From the NCBI GenBank assembly GCA_964428465.1, contig CAYRYG010000001.1, forward strand, positions 1 through 35,307: 35,307 bases of DNA, written 5' to 3'. A model generated the notes under the pieces. The model was not told the DNA's origin and did not search any database. It saw only the letters and a program-made list of their open reading frames with translations. The translations under genes and the position numbers were made by a program. The stretch comes from an uncultured Gammaproteobacteria bacterium (lineage in GTDB: Bacteria > Patescibacteriota > Patescibacteriia > UBA9934 > GWF2-40-263). This document shows, piece by piece, positions 7,226 through 14,612 of the stretch; the stretch's first letter is position 1, and every line of letters starts with the position of its first letter.

Positions 7226-8182
7226 ATGCCGACGGATCCCAGAATCAGCCACGGCGGCGGGCAGATGCGCGCGCAGTCGTTCTCCGTGCAGGTCTCGACC
7301 CGCACGCGCTGCAACGCCGGGTGCCAGTTCTGCATCTCGCGGACCACGCCCGGCACCGAGACCCCGGACAGCCCGGGCGCGCTGCGGTTCTGCGACGAGG
7401 CACGCCTGCGCGTCGGGCTCAACTATGCCCGCGCGCTCGGCGCCACACACGCCATCCTGACCGGCAAGGCGGACCCCACGCAGGAGGATTCCCTGTACCT
7501 TACCCGGCTCATCGACACCGCCCGCGAGTACCTGCCGCTGTGCGACATGCACACCAACGGCTTCCTGCTCCAGCCCGGCAAGATGCGCGAGAACCTGCTC
7601 GCGGAGCTCGTGGCCGCGGGACTCACCATGGTGACGTTCTCGGTCGCGAGCTTCGATCCGGGTGAGAACCGCACGCTCATGGGGATCAGGCAGGACCCGC
7701 GCGCGCTCATCGCGCAGGCTTGCGACCTCGGCCTGCTCGTCCGCTGCTCGCTCGTCATGAACGAGCGCGGCGTGCGCGACGTGGCCGGCGTGCTCGACTA
7801 CGTGAAGACCGCCGGCGAGCTCGGCGCGCACATGGTGGTCGTCCGCGAGGTGTGGAGGCCCAAGGTGTACGGCGTCTGGAACAAGGACGTCTTCGACTGG
7901 AACCACGCCAACGCCATTCCCCTTCCGCCGATCCAGGACGCCATCCTCGCGATCGCGTCCGAGGGCGGCAACCCGCGGGGCCTGCAGGTGCTCGATCCCC
8001 TTCCGTGGGGAACGCCGGTGCTCGGCATGGGCGGGGTGTTCCGCGACCCGTCCCACGGGGTGAACCTCACCTTCGCGCTGTGCGAGGAGGCGACGGTCGG
8101 CGCGGTGCTCAAGTCCGTGGTGCACATGCCCGACGGGCACGGCTACCGCAACTGGAACCACAAGGCCGAGATCCTCTACTAG
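7226..8182 (+). CDS. radical SAM enzyme, single [4Fe-4S] motif, no SPASM/twitch Cys cluster
   Basis: CNAGCQFC (C-x3-C-x2-C) at nt 7310-7333, in a MoaA/PqqE-like context (RTRCNAGCQFC, ILTGKADPT, HTNGFLL, TFSVASFDP). The start is uncertain: ATG 7226 lies 12 nt after AAGGAG, and ATG 7265 is an alternative. Confidence 0.85.
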   Translation: MPTDPRISHGGGQMRAQSFSVQVSTRTRCNAGCQFCISRTTPGTETPDSPGALRFCDEARLRVGLNYARALGATHAILTGKADPTQEDSLYLTRLIDTAREYLPLCDMHTNGFLLQPGKMRENLLAELVAAGLTMVTFSVASFDPGENRTLMGIRQDPRALIAQACDLGLLVRCSLVMNERGVRDVAGVLDYVKTAGELGAHMVVVREVWRPKVYGVWNKDVFDWNHANAIPLPPIQDAILAIASEGGNPRGLQVLDPLPWGTPVLGMGGVFRDPSHGVNLTFALCEEATVGAVLKSVVHMPDGHGYRNWNHKAEILY

Positions 8183-8239
8183 GGAGACCGTCTCCCTTCT
8201 TTCCTCGAGCCCTTGAACACATCACGTGTTCGAGGCCTC
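8182..8239 (+). promoter_or_regulatory. intercistronic module IE8
   Basis: GGGAGA-ccg-TCTCCC (8182-8196, abutting the TAG stop), exact TCTTTCCTCGAG (8198-8209), then a hairpin around GAACAC-atcac-GTGTTC (8207-8239). It shares a 21-nt core with IE2. Confidence 0.6.
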
Positions 8240-8277
8240 AAGACAAAGAACCGCTCATTCTTCATCGGAGTCATCCC

Positions 8278-10455
8278 ATGTACGCTCCCCGCGTGTTCGC
8301 CCTCGACCGCAAGACGCACGGCTTCGTCCGCGTCGGCACGATCGTGCCGAAGGTCATCCCGCAGGCCATCGACTACAACGTCGGCCAGATGGTCGCGATG
8401 GCAAGGGACGCCGCCGCGAAGGGCGTCCAGGTGGCCTTGTTCCCGGAACTCGGGATCACGGGCTACTCGTGCCGCGACGCGTTCCACGACCTCGCGTTCA
8501 TCGACAACGCGCGGCTCGGCCTGCTCCGCTTCGTCGAGGAGACGAAGGGGCTCGGGACCGTATTCTTCGTCGGCCTGCCGTTCCCGGTCAACGGGACGCT
8601 CTACAACGTGGCGGCGGTCGTCAACCGCGGGAAGATCCTCGGGTTCGTCCCGAAGTCCTTCATCCCGACGTACGGCCCGCACGAGGAACGCCGCTGGTTC
8701 GCCTGCGCCGACCACCTGAACGTGGGCATGGTCCGGCTCCAGGGCCACGATGGCGAGATCCCGATGGGAACCAACATCCTCGTGGACGTCGAGAGCGACA
8801 CGGACGCGTCGATCATCACGGTCGGCGTGGAAATCTGCGAGGACGGCTGGCACCGCCGGAGCCCCTCGGGGCTGCAGGCGGCCAACGGCGCGCTGCTGTG
8901 CGTCAATCTGTCGGCGTCCCCGTGGATCGTCGGCAAGGACGAGTACCGCCACATGATCTTCGGGGCCCTCTCCGGCGACATCATCGGGGCGTACGCATAC
9001 TGCGCGTGCGGCCACGGCGAATCCACGGACGACGTGGTGGTGGACGGCGACGCGTTCGTCGCCCAGAACGGGTCGATCCTGGCCTCCTCGGAGCGCTGGA
9101 ACCGGCACGGCCAGATCGTCATCGCGGACATCGACGCCGAGTCGCTCATGCGCGAGCGCTGGGTGACCGGCACGTTCGCCGAGGTGGCCGCGACCAACCG
9201 GGCCGCGTACCGCCACGTGGTGGCGCACGTCGCCGAGCTCAAGCTCGAGTCGAAGTCGGCCTACGCGCCGCCCCAGCTCGAGCTGATCGATGGCGGGCAA
9301 AGCGCCCACCTGAAGTTCACGGCCCCGAGCGGCGGCAACCGCGCCCTGCGCCGCGCCGTCACGCGCAAGCCCTTCGTCCCCCGCGACCCGGAGACGATGG
9401 ACAAGCGCTGCCGCGACATCATCTCGGGCGTCGGCCAGGGCCTCATGGTGAGGCTCGAGTCCATGGCCCGCTCGCAGCTCGTGCGCGAGGGCAAGAACCC
9501 GTACGTCGAGGCGCTCCCGCCGCAGCACGTCTACTACGGCCACTCCGGCGGCCGCGACTCGACGTTCGTCGGCGAGGTGATCCTCTGGGTGTACGACCAG
9601 CTCGGCTGGGACAGGAAGTTCATCCACGCCGTGCGCATGCCCGGCCCGGCCTCCTCCGACTCGACGCAGGACCTGTCGCTGCGCCGCTGCACCCTGGCGG
9701 GCGTGGACGTCATCACCAACCCGATCGAGGACCACACCGCGCGGCTGCTGCGTTCCGAGGGCCACGAGCCGTGTTGGAACAACCCCGACCCGGCGAAGCG
9801 CCGGTGCGGGCGGTGCCAGAATGCCCAGGCCCGCGTCCGCACGCTCATCCTGATGACGTACGGGTTCGTGGTCGGCACCGGCGATCTCACCGAGATCATG
9901 ACCGGTTGGTGCACGTACAACGGCGACCACATGTCGATGTACAACCCGAACGCGGGCGTGCCGAAGACGCTGGTCGAGCACCTCATCCGCTGGATCGCCA
10001 TGAACTGGCGGACCGGCGAGGAGCGGCAGGTGCTGCTCGAGATCCTGGCGGAGATCGTCTCCCCCGAGCTCGTGAAGGCGCTGCCCGGCGAGGCGATCCA
10101 ATCGACGGAGGACGAGGACGGTCCGATCCAGCTCAAGGACTTCTTCATCTACTGGTTCCGCCGCCACGGCGCGAGCCCGACGAAGATCGCCTACCTCGCG
10201 GAGATTGCCTTCGCGCAGGTCGAGGACGAGGGCGACGAGACCTACGACCGCGCCACGATCCTGAAGTGGCTGCGCCGGTTCTTCGCCAAGTTCCAGGAGG
10301 CGCAATTCAAGCGCAACGCCGCCCCGTCCGGCCCGCTCATGGGCTCGGTCGGCGCGTCGCAGCGCGGCAACCTGCGCTGGCACTCCGACGCCGACATCGG
10401 CGCCTGGATCGCCGAGATCGACCGCCTCATCGCCGACCTCGCGCGCGCCGCCTGA
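8278..10455 (+). CDS. nadE: glutamine-dependent NAD+ synthetase (CN-hydrolase domain + NAD synthase domain)
   Basis: 725 aa. The nitrilase-type E/K/C context is present (LFPELGITGY, VPKSFIP, GVEICEDGW). The ATP-PPase P-loop is YYGHSGGRDST, followed by NAQARVRTLILM. ATG 8278 follows GGAG. Confidence 0.9.
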   Translation: MYAPRVFALDRKTHGFVRVGTIVPKVIPQAIDYNVGQMVAMARDAAAKGVQVALFPELGITGYSCRDAFHDLAFIDNARLGLLRFVEETKGLGTVFFVGLPFPVNGTLYNVAAVVNRGKILGFVPKSFIPTYGPHEERRWFACADHLNVGMVRLQGHDGEIPMGTNILVDVESDTDASIITVGVEICEDGWHRRSPSGLQAANGALLCVNLSASPWIVGKDEYRHMIFGALSGDIIGAYAYCACGHGESTDDVVVDGDAFVAQNGSILASSERWNRHGQIVIADIDAESLMRERWVTGTFAEVAATNRAAYRHVVAHVAELKLESKSAYAPPQLELIDGGQSAHLKFTAPSGGNRALRRAVTRKPFVPRDPETMDKRCRDIISGVGQGLMVRLESMARSQLVREGKNPYVEALPPQHVYYGHSGGRDSTFVGEVILWVYDQLGWDRKFIHAVRMPGPASSDSTQDLSLRRCTLAGVDVITNPIEDHTARLLRSEGHEPCWNNPDPAKRRCGRCQNAQARVRTLILMTYGFVVGTGDLTEIMTGWCTYNGDHMSMYNPNAGVPKTLVEHLIRWIAMNWRTGEERQVLLEILAEIVSPELVKALPGEAIQSTEDEDGPIQLKDFFIYWFRRHGASPTKIAYLAEIAFAQVEDEGDETYDRATILKWLRRFFAKFQEAQFKRNAAPSGPLMGSVGASQRGNLRWHSDADIGAWIAEIDRLIADLARAA

Positions 10456-10483
10456 CGAGACGCGCAGGCTGAATCCTGCGGCT

Positions 10484-10513
10484 ACCCGCTCAACGAGAGC
10501 GGGTTTTTCTTTC
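10484..10513 (+). terminator. intrinsic terminator ending the NAD gene string
   Basis: ACCCGCTC-aacga-GAGCGGGT followed by TTTTCTTTC. An extra hairpin precedes it at 10463-10480. Confidence 0.8.
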
Positions 10514-10522
10514 GTCAAATGG

Positions 10523-10551
10523 TTGACAATCCGTCTCGCGCGTGATACACA
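10523..10551 (+). promoter_or_regulatory. sigma70-type promoter of the CPBP gene
   Basis: TTGACA - 17 nt - TACACA, with a TGn extended -10. Confidence 0.55.
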
Positions 10552-10582
10552 TTCCCTCCGTCAGCCACAAGGAGGCCGTGAC

Positions 10583-11284
10583 GTGACCGCAACTTCCAAA
10601 CAGCGCAACTACCTCTGGGCGAGCTTCACCTCGCTGATCATGATCGGGATCGTGAAGCACTTCTGGCCCGACCTCATCCCATTCGGCTTCTGGGACCTGT
10701 GGAAGGCCCCGCATGGCGTGTGGGCGGGAGTGCTGGCCGGATGGCCCATCCTCGCCTGGGGCGGGTTCCACTTCCTGCGCACCTGGATCTTCGTCGACGA
10801 GAACCACTACGCGCTCGCCTACGCCAACGCGTGGGACACCTTCGTCAACGGGCTGAAGATCAGCGCCTGGGCCGGGATCACCGAGGAGATCGCCTTCCGC
10901 TGGCTCATCTTCCTCGGGGCCATGCCGTCGCTCGTGCTCGGCAACTTCCTGTTCTTCGGCTGCCTCGGATTCGGCTTCGCGGAGTGGTTCCACCTCCACG
11001 TGTGGGGCGCGCTCGCGAACTGGACGACGTTCGGCATCCTCGAGCCGCAGATCTTCGACCCGCGGATGTGGTACGTCGGAGCCGCCCTGCTGTACTCGAA
11101 CGCGTTCTTCCGGGAAGGCCACGCCTACCAGGGGATCATCGGGATCATCAACTCGTGGTTCCTCGGCATGGGGTTCTTCTACCTCACCTTCAACTACGGC
11201 CTCGGCTCGGCGATCATCGTGCACTTCCTGTACGACGTGCTGATCTTCTCCGGCATGGCCGCGGCCATCGCCAAGCGGTCCTGA
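10583..11284 (+). CDS. CPBP family intramembrane glutamic endopeptidase (CAAX protease/Abi-like)
   Basis: GTG 10583 lies 7 nt after AAGGAGG. The protein is multi-TM and has the three CPBP motifs: EEIAFR, FREGH (FxxxH) and HFLYD (HxxxD). Confidence 0.8.
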   Translation: MTATSKQRNYLWASFTSLIMIGIVKHFWPDLIPFGFWDLWKAPHGVWAGVLAGWPILAWGGFHFLRTWIFVDENHYALAYANAWDTFVNGLKISAWAGITEEIAFRWLIFLGAMPSLVLGNFLFFGCLGFGFAEWFHLHVWGALANWTTFGILEPQIFDPRMWYVGAALLYSNAFFREGHAYQGIIGIINSWFLGMGFFYLTFNYGLGSAIIVHFLYDVLIFSGMAAAIAKRS

Positions 11285-11292
11285 CCGCCTTC

Positions 11293-11323
11293 CCCGCCAA
11301 CGTACGGCGGGTTTTTCTTTTTT
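11293..11323 (+). terminator. intrinsic terminator after the CPBP gene
   Basis: CCCGCC-aacgtac-GGCGGG followed by TTTTTCTTTTTT. Confidence 0.8.
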
Positions 11324-11329
11324 GTGAAT

Positions 11330-11361
11330 CAAAAAAGCCGGCGGGTGTGGAACCCTCCGGC
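11330..11361 (-). terminator. intrinsic terminator after gene 11366..12508
   Basis: Hairpin 11337-11361 (GCCGG/CCGGC outer stem) with a T-tract on the reverse strand (AAAAAA 11331-11336 on +). Confidence 0.65.
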
Positions 11362-11365
11362 AGGT

Positions 11366-12508
11366 CTACGTCGCGACGAGCGCGGCGATCTCGTCGGCCT
11401 TCCGCTGGCGCCACGCGGCGGCGGCCTCGCGGATCTTTCCCGCGGACCACGAGCCGATGTGGGTTCGCGGCGGCCTGGCCCCCCGCGCCTCGCCCTCGTA
11501 CGGCGCGTCCATGGGCTTGGCTTCCACGAGGGCGACGGCCGCGAGGATCCGCGGCGTGACCGGGACGCCCGGAAGCGACAGCGCGTAGAGGACGTTCTGG
11601 GTGAGGTGCTCGCAGATGAACGTCCCGCCCCAGCGCTCGAGATACTCCGCGAGCGCGTCGAGGACGCGCGGGTCGTCGGGCCAGGCCCTGGCGATCCGCA
11701 GCGCCTCGTCGTACGCGGACGCGCGGTCCGTGAACACGGTGAGGAAGTCCGCGAGGAAGTGCTCGCCGATCGCCGCCCGGATCCGCGCGGCGAGCGCCGG
11801 GTTCCCGTACCCTTCCTCGCCGAACGGTCCGGACAGGTGCTGGATGAGCGCTGTGCGGTACCGGCACTCGGCATGGTTCGAAGACTTGAACTCGGACTCG
11901 CACTGGGCGTCGTCGACGCGGAACGTCACCGCGCGCCGGATCTCCGCCTGGAGCTCCGGCCCGCACTGCGCGATGCCGACCACGAGCGCGAACGCCGCGA
12001 GCGCCTTGGGGACGGTGTCCGGATACGTTCCCTTGTGGTTCCCGCCGACGGGACGCTGGACGTAGGGGGCGCGGTAGGCGGCGAGCAGGAACTCGGCGTG
12101 GTTCGGCAGGTTGTCCGCGATGGCCAGGATGGCCGCGTCGCGGACGCGCGAGTGGGGCGCGACGGCGTTGTCCCAGAGAAGCGCGAACGCGCGCTCGTCG
12201 GGCAGGAAGCGCCCGAGCGCGCGGGCCGAGGCTTCGCGCTGGGCCTGATCGCAGCAGTCGACGATGGCGAACGGGAGGAACCCCGCGCCCGCCTTCTCAT
12301 CGTCGTCCAACGCGTCTATGCGCCCCTTGACCGCGGCGATGAGCCGGCGGCTGAGCGGGTGCTCGCTGCGCGCGACCCCGACCAGCTCGGCGATGAGCAC
12401 GTCACGGATCTCGGCCCGCTCCACAAGCGGCGCGAGGATCTGGTCGGCCTCCGCGGCCGACAACTTCTCGACGAAAAAGACCTCGGGAATGAGCGGTTCG
12501 ACGGACAT
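11366..12508 (-). CDS. hypothetical protein (helical, no family recognised)
   Basis: 380 aa. ATG 12508 lies 4 nt after GGAGG. It has its own promoter (12560-12588) and terminator (11330-11361). Confidence 0.7.
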   Translation of the reverse strand: MSVEPLIPEVFFVEKLSAAEADQILAPLVERAEIRDVLIAELVGVARSEHPLSRRLIAAVKGRIDALDDDEKAGAGFLPFAIVDCCDQAQREASARALGRFLPDERAFALLWDNAVAPHSRVRDAAILAIADNLPNHAEFLLAAYRAPYVQRPVGGNHKGTYPDTVPKALAAFALVVGIAQCGPELQAEIRRAVTFRVDDAQCESEFKSSNHAECRYRTALIQHLSGPFGEEGYGNPALAARIRAAIGEHFLADFLTVFTDRASAYDEALRIARAWPDDPRVLDALAEYLERWGGTFICEHLTQNVLYALSLPGVPVTPRILAAVALVEAKPMDAPYEGEARGARPPRTHIGSWSAGKIREAAAAWRQRKADEIAALVAT

Positions 12509-12559
12509 CCGTCCTCCGTTTCCATGACCCCGGGACATCCGGTGCGTCAGGGAGAGCCA

Positions 12560-12588
12560 ACGGTATCAAAAAATGGCCGTTTTGTCAA
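12560..12588 (-). promoter_or_regulatory. sigma70-type promoter of gene 11366..12508
   Basis: Reverse strand reads ATTGACAAAAC ... TGaTACCGT with a 17-nt spacer. It is divergent from, and back to back with, the 12593 promoter. Confidence 0.5.
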
Positions 12589-12592
12589 TCGC

Positions 12593-12621
12593 TTGACGCA
12601 TCCGCCAAATGTCGCTATGAT
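12593..12621 (+). promoter_or_regulatory. sigma70-type promoter (ABC exporter/GNAT operon)
   Basis: TTGACG - 17 nt - TATGAT. Confidence 0.65.
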
Positions 12622-12632
12622 GGGTTTCTTAA

Positions 12633-12755
12633 ATGATCCCTATGTCCAACTTCACCGCCAAAATCATGGACATCCAGTATCCGGCCTTCCAGGCCTGGGT
12701 TGATGGTTCGCGCTGCGCGCGGATGGGCTTTTCGCTGATTTCGACGACGGCATAA
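12633..12755 (+). CDS. possible leaderless 40-codon upstream ORF (MIPMSNFTAKIMDIQYPAFQAWVDGSRCARMGFSLISTTA)
   Basis: The ATG lies 11 nt after the TATGAT -10 box of a near-consensus promoter. The stop codon sits in a small hairpin followed by the GTTTCCCTCGAG box and a second hairpin. There is no homology support. Confidence 0.25.
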   Translation: MIPMSNFTAKIMDIQYPAFQAWVDGSRCARMGFSLISTTA

Positions 12756-12808
12756 CGCCGGTTTCCCTCGAGACCAGACCAAAGCCCGGCCGCAGTGAGC
12801 CGGGCTTT
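12748..12808 (+). promoter_or_regulatory. IE-like module in the ABC exporter leader
   Basis: A weak 4-bp hairpin CGGC-ataac-GCCG with TAA in the loop, GTTTCCCTCGAG box (12761-12772), then a perfect 10-bp hairpin AAAGCCCGGC-8 nt-GCCGGGCTTT (12781-12808), followed by GGAGG and TTG 12828. Confidence 0.4.
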
Positions 12809-12827
12809 CCAAACCACGGAGGACAGG

Positions 12828-14603
12828 TTGTTCCTTTCATTCGTCACGGACTTTCGGACGCTCATCCGTCCGTTCATCCCCGAGATCCGCCGCGCGGCGG
12901 GATGGGTGGTGCTGCTTCAGGTGCTCGCGATGGTCGAGCCGTTCCTCGTCATGCAGGTGGTCACCCTGGTCCTGGAGGACCAGGCGAACGCGGCCTCCCT
13001 GCTGCTCCCGCTGTGCGGGTTCATGTTCGTCGCGCTGGTGCTCATCGGGTTCGCGAACGTCGCGAAGAACCGGTTCATCCGCGCGGCGTGGCTCAAGATC
13101 GACCACGACCTCCCGCTTCTGGGCGGCGGAAAGCTGCTCTCGCTCCCGTACGTCTACCACCAGACGGAAAACACCGGCCTGGTGGTCGGCAAGATGGTGC
13201 GTGGCGTGTACCGCACCGGCGAGATCGTCGGAATCTTCCTCTTCGAGGTGTTCCCGCTGCTCGTGCAGACGCTGGTGACGACGGCGATGCTCGCGTACTA
13301 TCGCCCGGTCGCGGCCGCGATCTTCGTCCCGGTGTTCCTGACGTTCATCGCGCTCACCGCCTGGGTGAAGCTGAAGTGGGCGAGGCACCGCATGGGCCGG
13401 CACGCGCAGGTCACGGCGGCCGACGAGCTGCTCGGCCAGGCCGTGATGAACGTGATGACGACCCAGGCGTTCGCGCAGGAGGAGCGCGAGATGCGCGGGA
13501 TCCGCGCGGTGCGCGACCGCATCGACGCGCTCGCCGACCCGGAGTTCCGCGCGTACGACGCGAACGACCTCGTGCGCAACGCGCTGGTGTCGTTCGGCCG
13601 CGTGAGCGTGGTGTACCTGTGCGCGTCGGCCGTGCTGTCGGGCGCCTTCTCCGTCGCGCTGCTCATGTTCGTGGTGACGCTCGCGGAAAAGGTGTTCATC
13701 AACTGCTACCGCATCGGCGCCATCTTCGACCGCGCGATGGAGGCGGTGGACGCCGTGCGCGAGATCAACCAGATCCTCGCGGAGCCGGACACGGTTCCCG
13801 ACCCGGCCGAACCCGTCGCGGTGCCGCGCCGCCTCACGGGCACGATCCGCCTCGAGGGGGTCGACTACGCGTACCGCGCCAAGCGCGACGGGCGCGAGCA
13901 TCGCTCAAGCCACCTGGCGCTCCGGGGCATCGACCTGGATCTCCCGGCCGGTAAGGTGGTGGCCATCGTGGGCGAGTCCGGCAGCGGGAAGAGCACGCTC
14001 GCGAAGCTGCTCATCCGCTGCGACGACCCGACCGCCGGGCGCATCACGATGGACGGCACCGACCTGAGGCGCATGCGCAAGGGCGACCTGCGCCGCCAGT
14101 TCGGCTACGTGCTGCAGGAGGTGCAGATCTACGACCTCACGGTCGCGGAGAACATCGCCTACGGCCGCCCGGACGCCACGCGCGAGGACATCGAGCGCGC
14201 GGCAAAGATCGCCAACGCGCACGACTTCATCCTGCAGCTCGAGGACGGCTACGAGACCAAGGTCGGCGACCGCGGGCTCAAGCTCTCGGGCGGCCAGCGT
14301 CAGCGCGTCGGCATCGCGCGCGCCTGGCTCGTGGACCCGCCCGTGCTCATCCTCGACGAGGCCACCTCCAACGTGGACGTCGAGAGCGAGCTGAAGATCC
14401 AGCAGGCCATGGAGCGCCTGCGCCACGGCCGCTCGATGGTAGTCATCGCGCACCGTCTCTCGACCGTGCGCAACGCGGACATCATCGTGGTGCTGCACGA
14501 CGGCCGCATCCAGGAGATCGGCACGCACGCCGAGCTCTTGCGCGAAAACGGCATCTACCACCGGCTCGTGGACATCCAAAGCCGCGAAGCCGCCGTCGCC
14601 TAG
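12828..14603 (+). CDS. ABC transporter, fused permease/ATP-binding (MsbA-like exporter)
   Basis: Six-TM N-terminal half, Walker A GESGSGKST, signature LSGGQRQR, Walker B LILDEATS. I prefer TTG 12828 (5 nt after GGAGG) to the listed GTG 12795, which lies inside a stem-loop. Confidence 0.9.
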   Translation: MFLSFVTDFRTLIRPFIPEIRRAAGWVVLLQVLAMVEPFLVMQVVTLVLEDQANAASLLLPLCGFMFVALVLIGFANVAKNRFIRAAWLKIDHDLPLLGGGKLLSLPYVYHQTENTGLVVGKMVRGVYRTGEIVGIFLFEVFPLLVQTLVTTAMLAYYRPVAAAIFVPVFLTFIALTAWVKLKWARHRMGRHAQVTAADELLGQAVMNVMTTQAFAQEEREMRGIRAVRDRIDALADPEFRAYDANDLVRNALVSFGRVSVVYLCASAVLSGAFSVALLMFVVTLAEKVFINCYRIGAIFDRAMEAVDAVREINQILAEPDTVPDPAEPVAVPRRLTGTIRLEGVDYAYRAKRDGREHRSSHLALRGIDLDLPAGKVVAIVGESGSGKSTLAKLLIRCDDPTAGRITMDGTDLRRMRKGDLRRQFGYVLQEVQIYDLTVAENIAYGRPDATREDIERAAKIANAHDFILQLEDGYETKVGDRGLKLSGGQRQRVGIARAWLVDPPVLILDEATSNVDVESELKIQQAMERLRHGRSMVVIAHRLSTVRNADIIVVLHDGRIQEIGTHAELLRENGIYHRLVDIQSREAAVA

Positions 14604-14612
14604 GGAGGAACC

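Noticed and set aside
6128-8161. 677-aa minus-strand ORF opposite the 388-aa orphan and the radical SAM gene
   Set aside because: The composition is Arg/Ala/Gly/Val-rich without motifs. The plus-strand frames carry CxxxCxxC and regular SD/start signals.
5645-8182. Cys-rich mini-protein plus radical SAM as a classical SCIFF/sactipeptide-type RiPP pair
   Set aside because: The radical SAM protein has no SPASM/twitch Cys cluster, and the peptide has no obvious leader/core organisation. I kept it only as one low-probability option in the findings.
1-10513. Calling the NAD string a prophage or mobile genomic island
   Set aside because: No integrase, transposase, phage structural gene, tRNA or flanking direct repeat is visible in the window, and the left border lies outside it. 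Mobility cannot be supported from this sequence.
8179-10518. 779-aa minus-strand ORF and the 748-aa +2-frame ORF 8226..10472 overlapping nadE
   Set aside because: nadE is unambiguous in its own frame (CN-hydrolase triad context and SGGRDS). The alternatives are low-complexity Arg/Pro/Gly translations.
12629-12877. 82-aa minus-strand ORF in the ABC exporter leader
   Set aside because: It runs antisense through a strong plus-strand promoter and the exporter start, and it has no SD or promoter of its own.
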